From an uncultured Candidatus Saccharibacteria bacterium (GTDB lineage Bacteria > Patescibacteriota > Saccharimonadia > Saccharimonadales > 2-12-FULL-41-12): a DNA stretch of 64,000 bases. Within the stretch, counting starts at the first letter, position 1. Each line of letters opens with the position of its first letter. The notes beneath the pieces were generated by a model. That model did no database searches, had not been told where the DNA came from, and saw nothing but the letters and a program-made list of their open reading frames with translations. Made by a program: the position numbers and the translations under genes. Location of the stretch: positions 21,108 through 85,107 of the forward strand of contig CAZFPJ010000002.1 of the NCBI GenBank assembly GCA_964521095.1, written 5' to 3'. Positions 8,967 to 16,875 of the stretch are shown piece by piece.

Positions 8967-11768
8967 GTGAGAAGGCTATTAATCTTTTGCGCCCTGATAG
9001 CACTCAGTGTATTTTCAGCCGTGCACATAGGCAAAGCAACTAGCTCATCAACCTGGACTACACCGGGGAACCTCCAGGCGTCAGAAGTAGAAACCATCAC
9101 AGAAGGTATATTGCCCACGCAGTATATGGGTTCGATCCCTTGCAATCTTGGGCCCACAAAGGTCAGAGTGGTCAAAAAATACCTTAACTTCATACCAGTA
9201 CTTAGCCAAGAATACCGCGACGCCTGCAGTGTGCCTACGGCCTTTGGTAGTGTTAGCTCACAGTACATACAGATAAACGGACATGATGGGGCTTTTCAAA
9301 AAAACCTAGACAGCACTCGTGTAATCCCGGTGCTGTACACGAACAATGTTTTTATTGTCTCGACATCTGGTTACAGTACAGGTGGTGTGCTGTATTTGAA
9401 CGACCATTTTCTTGACAGTATCCAAATAAGCCCCAGCACCCCAGACAAACTTACAGTATCGAGCTACGGGAAGAGGCTAGTCGACCAAAACGGAAGTCCG
9501 CTTATAATCGACCAAGATTCAGTCTCGATCTCGGGGGACAAGCAGTGGTTGTTTGCAAACCTTGTGAACGGCAAGCAGGTTAGGGTGTCTACAACAAATA
9601 CTAATGAGCCACCGACTATCTTTGGCGACAAGATTGACTACTTCTTGGGCTACGATCCTCAAACTAAAACTGCTATTAGCGATGACGGAAATTATGTAGC
9701 GGTTGGAACACAAAGCACTCACCTTTCTCTTTATTCAGTAGAAGACTGCAAAACCGGCAGTTCACTATGCCGGAAAAATATAGGTAATCAATTGACTGGA
9801 ATTGCCGGCGCTGGATACAAAAATATGAGATTCAAGTTTAGTGGCAACGATCGTTTTCAAATATACCTAAACGGAACATACGGCGGACCACAAAGAAAAA
9901 CCAAAGTATATAACTTTTTCTCAAACAAAGACGCTCAGGACAAGTATGCACAAGATTCGCTACCTAAATATTTAGCCATGGGCGACTCATTTGCTAGTGG
10001 AGAAGGAGCATACAACTACAGGGATGGAACAGATATGCCAGATAACCGTTGCCATCAATCTTTGCTGGCTTACTCTAGGCTGAGCGCATCAGAAGTAGGA
10101 ATCTCAAATTCACAAAGCATTGCATGTAGCGGAGCTAAGATGGAAGATGTGTTATATAACGGTCCAAAAAACTATAATGAGAAGAAGCGTCAATCTAAGG
10201 GACTTGAAGACGACAGCTTTACCCCATATATTCTAAGAAATTTCTTGCCCGGTTATCGCCAGCAAATTAAACAAGTTAGCAACTACAAGCCGAACACAGT
10301 AACGATCTCGATCTCTGGTAACGATATTGGTTTTTCGGATAAAATCCAAACTTGCTTGCTGACTTCTTGGACTTGTTACGATAGGGCTAAAGACAGAGTA
10401 GGTATGTTAACAGAAATAAAAAATCAATACGAACCTCTCAAAGAACGCCTTCGCAAAACTAAAGAGTCGGCCCAAGAAGGTGCCAAGGTTTATGTGTTGG
10501 GCTATCCACGGTTTTTCCCAGAAGACGGCGGAGAAAATTGCCAAGCAAACACACCTTTTGATATGCAAGAGCGACGACTGGCGAACGACCTAGTTCACGA
10601 CCTAAACCAGATGATCAAGCTAGCATCCAAGTCAGAGGGAGTTTCTTATATAGATGTAGAAACTGCTATGCATGGACATTATCTTTGCGACTCAAACCAA
10701 CCAGCTTTTAACGGCTTAACGGCAGGCAATGATGCTGTTAAATACATAGGCTACCCTTTGGGGCGAGAGAGCTTCCATCCAAATCAGCTAGGGCACCAGC
10801 TTATGAAAGATGCACTGCTAGCCCAAAGCGATAACCTGAACAAAAAGAACCCAACGCCTGACACTTCTGTAAAAGTCGACGATTTTTCTTCCGAGCTGAC
10901 AGGGCAGCTCAGCAGTAATGACTTAGCCGGAGCGGACAGCTTGCCAATTTTGGTCAACAACTCAACCATGACAGCAGACTCATATAATCTGCAGACAGAC
11001 AGCAGGCTAGACATAAATCTACCTAACGACAGCAACCGTCTGTTGCCAAATACCAACTATCGTGTAGAGGTCCACTCTACTCCAACAGTTCTGGGCACAA
11101 TCAAAAGTGGTCCAGACGGTAGCCTAGAGGGCAGGGCATCGTTTACGCAAAACCTACCTACCGGCTTTCATGAAGTGCACATTATTGGCCCAACACACGA
11201 TGGTAAAACAGTAGATTTTTATAAGAGTATTTTTGTAGTCCAGACGCAGGCAGACCGAGACAATCTTTGTGCTGGTGCACCAAGGGCGGGGGTGGATTAT
11301 GATCAAGACGGCGTAGACGACGCCTGCGACGGGTATATTGGCGAACCGCCAGCTCCAGAAGTTCCAAACCCGGAAATTCCAGCTCCAGAATTGCCAACTT
11401 TGCAAGATCCAAAGACTCCTCTTGGCGAGTCGGTCGCTGGTCTGGAAGAGCTTGTTCCGCAAGCCCCATCCAGCCCAAGAGCGACATCGCCCCAGCAACT
11501 GGCCGTCGCCACCGCTAGCACTAACTCTCGCCCCCAAAGCACAGGAGGCGCCACCACTCTACCGCAAGCAGTAGCCACGACCGCTCCACAACAGGTGCTT
11601 GCCCAAAACAACGCTGTTTTGTCGAACAGCCCAGCTCAAACACCCGACACTCCTAAAGCACAGGGCTCGCAAACGCCAACGGCATCCATAAATAAACCAA
11701 TTTTTGTAGCAGGAGCCATCGTCGTGGCTATTGTCCTAATCGGCGCAACTCAGCTCAAAAAAGACTAG
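8967..11768 (+). CDS. Large surface protein with central SGNH/GDSL hydrolase domain, Pro-rich stalk and C-terminal TM anchor
   Basis: GTG start and a signal peptide. Block I is YLAMGDSFASGEGAY, block III ISISGNDIGF, and block V-like SFHPNQLGH. A P/T/S/Q-rich region is followed by IFVAGAIVVAIVLIGATQLKKD. Confidence 0.8.
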   Translation: MRRLLIFCALIALSVFSAVHIGKATSSSTWTTPGNLQASEVETITEGILPTQYMGSIPCNLGPTKVRVVKKYLNFIPVLSQEYRDACSVPTAFGSVSSQYIQINGHDGAFQKNLDSTRVIPVLYTNNVFIVSTSGYSTGGVLYLNDHFLDSIQISPSTPDKLTVSSYGKRLVDQNGSPLIIDQDSVSISGDKQWLFANLVNGKQVRVSTTNTNEPPTIFGDKIDYFLGYDPQTKTAISDDGNYVAVGTQSTHLSLYSVEDCKTGSSLCRKNIGNQLTGIAGAGYKNMRFKFSGNDRFQIYLNGTYGGPQRKTKVYNFFSNKDAQDKYAQDSLPKYLAMGDSFASGEGAYNYRDGTDMPDNRCHQSLLAYSRLSASEVGISNSQSIACSGAKMEDVLYNGPKNYNEKKRQSKGLEDDSFTPYILRNFLPGYRQQIKQVSNYKPNTVTISISGNDIGFSDKIQTCLLTSWTCYDRAKDRVGMLTEIKNQYEPLKERLRKTKESAQEGAKVYVLGYPRFFPEDGGENCQANTPFDMQERRLANDLVHDLNQMIKLASKSEGVSYIDVETAMHGHYLCDSNQPAFNGLTAGNDAVKYIGYPLGRESFHPNQLGHQLMKDALLAQSDNLNKKNPTPDTSVKVDDFSSELTGQLSSNDLAGADSLPILVNNSTMTADSYNLQTDSRLDINLPNDSNRLLPNTNYRVEVHSTPTVLGTIKSGPDGSLEGRASFTQNLPTGFHEVHIIGPTHDGKTVDFYKSIFVVQTQADRDNLCAGAPRAGVDYDQDGVDDACDGYIGEPPAPEVPNPEIPAPELPTLQDPKTPLGESVAGLEELVPQAPSSPRATSPQQLAVATASTNSRPQSTGGATTLPQAVATTAPQQVLAQNNAVLSNSPAQTPDTPKAQGSQTPTASINKPIFVAGAIVVAIVLIGATQLKKD

Positions 11769-12169
11769 CTATCTCTGCCCAGTTTTGCGCTAGCGTCTAT
11801 CACAAAATCTAATCCTAGGGCAATTATCGCCCAGTCGGCTGTTATCAGTTTCAAGCCTTCTGCTTTGGCTTGGGCAACAAGCATATTGTCAAAAGGGTCT
11901 TTGTGAGTTAAAACCTTATCTTTTAGACCTAATACATGGTCGGGTGTTACCTGCAATATTGTAAAGTCAAATTTCTCGATAGCCTCCAGGATATCTTGTG
12001 TAGCAAACGCCAGACTCCCTTTGTTGTGCTTAATTGTCAGCTCCCACACCGAGGCGATTGAAAAGTATCTCTCGCTAGCGTTTTGCATTAAAGAGCGAGT
12101 ATGCTCATTAATCTTATATGGTTCTTGTAGCGACCAGAGCAATATATGCGAATCGATAAGGATGTTCAT
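11765..12169 (-). CDS. vapC: PIN-domain toxin (VapC-like), pair 1
   Basis: 134 aa with N-terminal ILIDSHILLW (acidic PIN residue) and a conserved HKDPFDNMLVAQA motif. It is preceded by a small antitoxin gene. Confidence 0.85.
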   Translation of the reverse strand: MNILIDSHILLWSLQEPYKINEHTRSLMQNASERYFSIASVWELTIKHNKGSLAFATQDILEAIEKFDFTILQVTPDHVLGLKDKVLTHKDPFDNMLVAQAKAEGLKLITADWAIIALGLDFVIDASAKLGRDS

Positions 12170-12174
12170 TAATT

Positions 12175-12435
12175 TTACTCTGGGAAAGGCTTATTTATTG
12201 CGTCCTCAAAATCTTTGATGATGTCTGGGTCTGGGCCAACTATATCCTCGTCTTTGTAGGCTTTCTTTTTGTGCGCCCAAATACCAAACTGGATAGGTTT
12301 CTTTTTTGGGGCTACCATCAAAACTACTTCTTCTTTGCCAAACGCGCCAATAGACACAGGCTTTCCAGCCTTGGCCTGCTTGATGTATTTGGATAGGTGA
12401 GTCTTGGCCTCGTGTACAGTAATAGTTTTGTTCAT
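12175..12435 (-). CDS. vapB: Antitoxin (Phd/YefM-like N-terminal domain), pair 1
   Basis: 86 aa with the sequence KTITVHEAKTHLSKYIKQAKAGKPVSIGAFGKEEVVLM. It lies upstream of the PIN gene. Confidence 0.8.
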   Translation of the reverse strand: MNKTITVHEAKTHLSKYIKQAKAGKPVSIGAFGKEEVVLMVAPKKKPIQFGIWAHKKKAYKDEDIVGPDPDIIKDFEDAINKPFPE

Positions 12436-12442
12436 AGGTGTT

Positions 12443-12489
12443 ATTATAGCAAACTTAGTCCACCTTAGTCAAGTTTCATCATCTTAGTG
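12443..12489 (-). promoter_or_regulatory. Promoter with CTTAGT(C/G) repeats for VapBC pair 1; predicted leaderless
   Basis: The minus strand reads TTGACT (12467-12472), an 18-nt spacer, then TATAAT (12443-12448), with only 7 nt to ATG 12435 and no SD. CTTAGTC occurs at 12454-12460 and 12464-12470, and CTTAGTG at 12483-12489. Confidence 0.55.
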
Positions 12490-12576
12490 AGGTCTGAAAG
12501 GGGAGGAAGTTACCAGGCTGTTCCTGGGTTCAGACCAGGCTCTTTAAAAAACAGGGTCTCCTGTATACTTAAAATA

Positions 12577-13914
12577 ATGAATACGCTTCGGAAGGTGCCG
12601 TTTTGGATGGTTGTTGGGCTTTTGGTCTACATGCCGTTCCATATTTTTCTTAGCCAATCGCTTAGCTTGGTTACCGGTGGTCTGGACGCCTGGAAAATTG
12701 CCAAAGACATCGTGCTGTTTGCTGGCCTTATTTTGACAGTGGGCTTGGTGTTTTTTACCAAAGGGTACAAAAAAAATACCCAGTATTTTACTTTTGTGGG
12801 CATGGGTTTTGCCTATGGTTTTTTACACCTGCTGGTCTGGCTAATTCACAAAGATCAGATTAGCTCGGAGGGCGCTTTGCTAGCCACTGCCTACAACAGC
12901 CGTTTAGTCGGCTATGCGCTGTTGGCATGGGGCGCGTCCTTGGTGTACCCGGGCAAGATTCGCATCAACACTGTGGCAAAAATTATCGTTATTGTTAGCA
13001 GTATTGTCTGCTTTTTGGCGATTGTTCAGCAGTTTTTGCCAAAGGACTTCTTGACTCATATGGGCTATTCGCTAGAGCGAGGGGTGCGCCCTGGTTTTGC
13101 TATAGACGACAAGCCAGACTTGCCTCGAGTTATGTCTACTCTGCGCGACCCAAATTCGTTGGGGGCGTACCTCATTTTACCCATCACAATCTTGTCGCTG
13201 GCTTGGGCCCGTCGGCCAAAACAACGCACCATTATTGCTAGCTTGTTGTTGGTGCACGCTTGGGTGCTGTTTTTAACATTTTCGCGGAGTGCTTGGCTGG
13301 GCGCCTGCCTTAGCGTTGCCCTTGCGTTGGGCTGGACATACAAACAGCAGGCAAAACAGTTTATTAAAAAATATTGGATGCTTATTGGCCTAGCGGTGGT
13401 AGTTTTGGCGGTGTTTGTTTTTGCGCTTCGCGACCAGTATGTAGTGCAAAATGTAGTTTTTCACTCCGACGAAAACACTCAAATGACCGACTCTAACAAC
13501 CTGCATGTCAAATACGCCAAAGAGGGCATAGAGGGCATCATCGACCAGCCAGAGGGCCATGGTCCGGGCACAGCGGGGCTGGTTTCTATCCACACAAAAA
13601 CAGAGGTAGTTTTAACAGAAAACTACTTTATCCAAATCGGCTACGAGATTGGCTTTATTGGCCTAGCTTTGTTGGGCTGGATAATTTTTTATCTACTAGC
13701 TAGGTTGTGGCGTATTGGGTCTACGCTGGCTACTGCTCAGGTGGCCTCGTTTGTTGGCATTAGCTTTTGCGCACTACTGCTTTTAACATGGAGCAACGAA
13801 GCAGTCGCCGCCACCTGGTGGCTACTAGCCGGCCTCACAGTTGGCCTACCTAAGCCTCGGGGATCTTCGGCGGGCGTGAGTGTACCAAAAGGGCGTCAAT
13901 CTCCGAAGCGCTAA
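12577..13914 (+). CDS. O-antigen ligase/polymerase family (Wzy_C-type) polytopic membrane protein
   Basis: About 10 TM helices with a large loop. The motif FLTFSRSAWLGACLSVALALGW is typical of the family. I chose the start ATG 12577 (MNTLRKVPFWMVVGLL); the track start 12487 adds a non-hydrophobic leader. Confidence 0.75.
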   Translation: MNTLRKVPFWMVVGLLVYMPFHIFLSQSLSLVTGGLDAWKIAKDIVLFAGLILTVGLVFFTKGYKKNTQYFTFVGMGFAYGFLHLLVWLIHKDQISSEGALLATAYNSRLVGYALLAWGASLVYPGKIRINTVAKIIVIVSSIVCFLAIVQQFLPKDFLTHMGYSLERGVRPGFAIDDKPDLPRVMSTLRDPNSLGAYLILPITILSLAWARRPKQRTIIASLLLVHAWVLFLTFSRSAWLGACLSVALALGWTYKQQAKQFIKKYWMLIGLAVVVLAVFVFALRDQYVVQNVVFHSDENTQMTDSNNLHVKYAKEGIEGIIDQPEGHGPGTAGLVSIHTKTEVVLTENYFIQIGYEIGFIGLALLGWIIFYLLARLWRIGSTLATAQVASFVGISFCALLLLTWSNEAVAATWWLLAGLTVGLPKPRGSSAGVSVPKGRQSPKR

Positions 13915-14827
13915 CTTTTCTGGACTTCTGTATTTTCCGTCGGTCTTTTAGCACTCCCGGCAAGAGTGACAGGAATTTCACAGAGCTACGCACATAAGCC
14001 CAAAGCCCCCCTCGGACAGCGCTGCTTAGCCCGTAGCGCAGATACTGAAGTGCAAGTAAAGGAAAATATTTCCAGTACAGCCTTGCGGGCATGTTTTTAG
14101 TGTAGGTCATCAGATAGTTTTTGATCCAGTGGTAGCGGGCAAAAGAACTAACCATTTTAGAGGTCGTTGCCGATACGTGGTGGTAGGCTACGGCGTTTGG
14201 TGTATAGCGCACGTCCCAGCCGGCTAGGCGAGCCCGAAAGCTTATGTCCACATCTTCAATATAGGCAAAAAACCGTTCGTCAAACAGGCCAATACTTTGC
14301 AACATCTTGGTACGATACAGGCTAGCCCCTCCACTAGCGCCAAAAACGCTTTCTGGCTGGTTGTACTGGCCGGTATCTACTTGGTTGCGCCCGCGGGGCA
14401 TTGGGATGCCCCAAATAGTATAAAAGTCACCAGTGCTGTCTATGTGCTTGCGGTCATGACGCATTAGCTTGCCGGTAACAATGCCGGTTTTTGGGCTTTG
14501 CTCCATCTCTTGGACTAGGTTTTCTAGCCAGTCTGGCTCAGCTTCGGCATCGTTATTAAACAGGGCAGTAGCATCAAACTTTTCAGACACAGCATAGCTT
14601 AGCCCAGCATTAACTCCGCCCGTAAAACCAGTATTTTCGGCAAGCTCTATCAGATGAACTTTAGAAAACTTTTCTTTAATAATTTTAACCGAACTATCTG
14701 TAGAGCCATTGTCTACAACAATAATCTGACAGGGGTAGCTTTGCTTTTCTATAGAGCGTAAAGACTCGGCCAGCAGGTCCTCGCCGTTCCAGTTGGGTAT
14801 AACAACAGCAACTTTCATTTTCTTCAT
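13850..14827 (-). CDS. Glycosyltransferase family 2 (rhamnosyltransferase-like class)
   Basis: VAVVIPNWNGEDLL..IIVVDNGSTDSS, a DxD-like NNDAEAE, and FFAYIEDVDISFRARLAGW. Confidence 0.85.
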   Translation of the reverse strand: MKKMKVAVVIPNWNGEDLLAESLRSIEKQSYPCQIIVVDNGSTDSSVKIIKEKFSKVHLIELAENTGFTGGVNAGLSYAVSEKFDATALFNNDAEAEPDWLENLVQEMEQSPKTGIVTGKLMRHDRKHIDSTGDFYTIWGIPMPRGRNQVDTGQYNQPESVFGASGGASLYRTKMLQSIGLFDERFFAYIEDVDISFRARLAGWDVRYTPNAVAYHHVSATTSKMVSSFARYHWIKNYLMTYTKNMPARLYWKYFPLLALQYLRYGLSSAVRGGLWAYVRSSVKFLSLLPGVLKDRRKIQKSRKVSASEIDALLVHSRPPKIPEA

Positions 14828-14865
14828 AGCTGTACCTATTCTATAATGTATTCACAAGACTTCAT

Positions 14866-15666
14866 ATGAAACATGTTTTTAGCAAACAAAACCGTGCCTT
14901 ATTGGCCGAACTAGTACGCACAGACTTCAAGCTTCGCTATCAGGGGTCTGTTCTTGGCTATACTTGGTCGCTTCTTAAGCCGCTTCTGCTATTTTTAACG
15001 CTTTATATCGTCTTTGTTAAGTTTCTAAAAATTGGCGGTGACTTGCCCCATTTCCCTATATACCTGCTTTTTGGAATTGTGCTCTGGACATTTTTCGCAG
15101 AAATCACATCTCAGGGCCTATCATCTATTGTTGGCAGGGGTGATCTTATTCGCAAAATCCGCATACCGCGCTGGCTAATAGTCCTTTCGGCCAGTATCTC
15201 TGCGCTAATCAATCTAGTCTTGAATATGGCTATAGTTCTAGTATTTGTTTTTATTAACAAGGCTGACTTATTGGCGACTAGCCTATGGTTGCCTCTGATC
15301 TTCTTGCAAATATATTTGCTTGGGCTGGGTGTTGCACTAATCCTTGCAACAGCATATGTAAAATACAGGGATGTTAGCCATATCTGGGAGGTAGTTTTGC
15401 AAGCTGGCTTTTATGTCACCCCGATTCTGTACCCACTCACACTAATTACAAATGTTACCTATCAAAAGATTTTGCTCTTAAACCCGATGGCCCAAGCCAT
15501 CCAGGACGCCCGTTATGCACTGGTAACCCACGAAACACTTACCGTGACATCTGTTTTTGGCAATTCGCTGTATCGGCTAATACCAATTGGACTAAGCCTG
15601 TTGTTGCTAATAATTGGTGTTTTGTATTTCAGAAAAGAAGCCAAAAACTTTGCGGAGGACTTATAG
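14866..15666 (+). CDS. wzm: Polysaccharide ABC exporter permease (ABC-2 / Wzm-TagG type)
   Basis: 266 aa with six TM helices. The N-terminal LLAELVRTDFKLRYQGSVLGYTWSLLKP is the ABC-2 signature. An ATPase gene follows directly. Confidence 0.85.
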   Translation: MKHVFSKQNRALLAELVRTDFKLRYQGSVLGYTWSLLKPLLLFLTLYIVFVKFLKIGGDLPHFPIYLLFGIVLWTFFAEITSQGLSSIVGRGDLIRKIRIPRWLIVLSASISALINLVLNMAIVLVFVFINKADLLATSLWLPLIFLQIYLLGLGVALILATAYVKYRDVSHIWEVVLQAGFYVTPILYPLTLITNVTYQKILLLNPMAQAIQDARYALVTHETLTVTSVFGNSLYRLIPIGLSLLLLIIGVLYFRKEAKNFAEDL

Positions 15667-16875
15667 ATGGACGAAGTGGCAATCAAAGTAGACTCTGTCA
15701 GTAAATCTTTCAAGCTACCACACGAAAAGTCAGGCTCCATAAAGAACGTATTCATAGGTCTCTTTAATAAAAAACGAACCTACGAAAAGCAAGAAGTTCT
15801 CAAAGACGTATCTTTTGAGATAAAAAAGGGTGAATTTTTTGGCATAGTTGGTCGTAATGGCAGCGGCAAAAGTACTCTGCTCAAGCTCATGGCAGGCATT
15901 TACTCGCCCGAAAAAGGTGCTATTACAGTAAATGGCAAGCTAACTCCTTTTATTGAGCTCGGCGTGGGCTTTAACCCAGAGCTAACTGGTCGCGAAAACG
16001 TATACCTCAACGGTGCTCTACTTGGCTTTAACCGTAAAGAGATGGAGGCTATGTATGACGAAATTGTGGACTTCGCCGAACTAGAGAAATTTATGGATCA
16101 GAAACTCAAGAATTATTCTTCTGGCATGCAAGTCAGGCTTGCATTTTCTATAGCAATCCGCGTCGAAAGTGGTGTTCTAATATTAGATGAAGTTTTGGCC
16201 GTAGGGGATGCTGCATTTCAAAAAAAGTGTTATGACTATTTTAAAATGCTGAAAAAAGAAAAAAGAACAGTAGTTTTTGTGAGTCATGATGTAGGTGCGC
16301 TCCAAGAATATTGCAGCGAGGGAATTCTCTTGCAGGATGGCAAGATATCTAAAAAGGGGACCATCGATTTAGTTATTAAGGACTATTTAAAAACCCTGAA
16401 TAATATAGAGCAGAAAACAGAAAACGAAAGCAAGGCTTCAAGATGGGGAACAGAAGAGGTAGTTTTGGACAGTTTTAAACTGATGTCTACTAAAAAAACA
16501 TCTGTCTATTGCGAAAATGAACAAATAAAAATAGAAGCTGTATTCAAGGCAAAGAACAAAGTTGATGAACCGGTATTTGGCCTTACAATTAGTGACCTAA
16601 CTGGATTAATGGTTTTTCAATCAAATACATTATGGTGCAAGAAAAAAGTCAAAGATATGAATAAAGGGGATACGGCTACAGTCTCCTGGAGTATCCCAAA
16701 CGTTTTTAATACGGGTATGTATGTCTTGTCTCCGGCAGTTTCAGACAAAACAGGTAGCGTAGTCTATGACTGGTGTGAAGATATTAAGAGATTTAGGGTT
16801 GATAAAGAACAGAAGAGCCATGGTATCGTTAACGTTGAGCATACGCTAGACTATGAGTATGAGTCCAAAGCCTAA
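15667..16875 (+). CDS. wzt: Polysaccharide ABC exporter ATPase with extra C-terminal (Wzt_C-like) domain
   Basis: Walker A GRNGSGKST, signature YSSGMQVRLAFS and Walker B LILDEVLAVGD. About 150 extra C-terminal residues are beta-rich. Confidence 0.88.
   Translation: MDEVAIKVDSVSKSFKLPHEKSGSIKNVFIGLFNKKRTYEKQEVLKDVSFEIKKGEFFGIVGRNGSGKSTLLKLMAGIYSPEKGAITVNGKLTPFIELGVGFNPELTGRENVYLNGALLGFNRKEMEAMYDEIVDFAELEKFMDQKLKNYSSGMQVRLAFSIAIRVESGVLILDEVLAVGDAAFQKKCYDYFKMLKKEKRTVVFVSHDVGALQEYCSEGILLQDGKISKKGTIDLVIKDYLKTLNNIEQKTENESKASRWGTEEVVLDSFKLMSTKKTSVYCENEQIKIEAVFKAKNKVDEPVFGLTISDLTGLMVFQSNTLWCKKKVKDMNKGDTATVSWSIPNVFNTGMYVLSPAVSDKTGSVVYDWCEDIKRFRVDKEQKSHGIVNVEHTLDYEYESKA

Noticed and set aside
11154-11611. 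Four overlapping ORFs on both strands in the 11.15-11.6 kb region.
   Set aside because: They lie inside the Pro/Ala/Gln-rich stalk of the 933-aa SGNH protein. GC-rich low-complexity coding DNA is open in many frames.
12487-12576. The upstream GTG start for the O-antigen-ligase-like gene.
   Set aside because: It adds 30 non-hydrophobic residues. It would also place the coding region over the CTTAGTG repeat at the upstream edge of the VapBC pair-1 promoter/operator region. ATG 12577 begins directly with the first TM segment.
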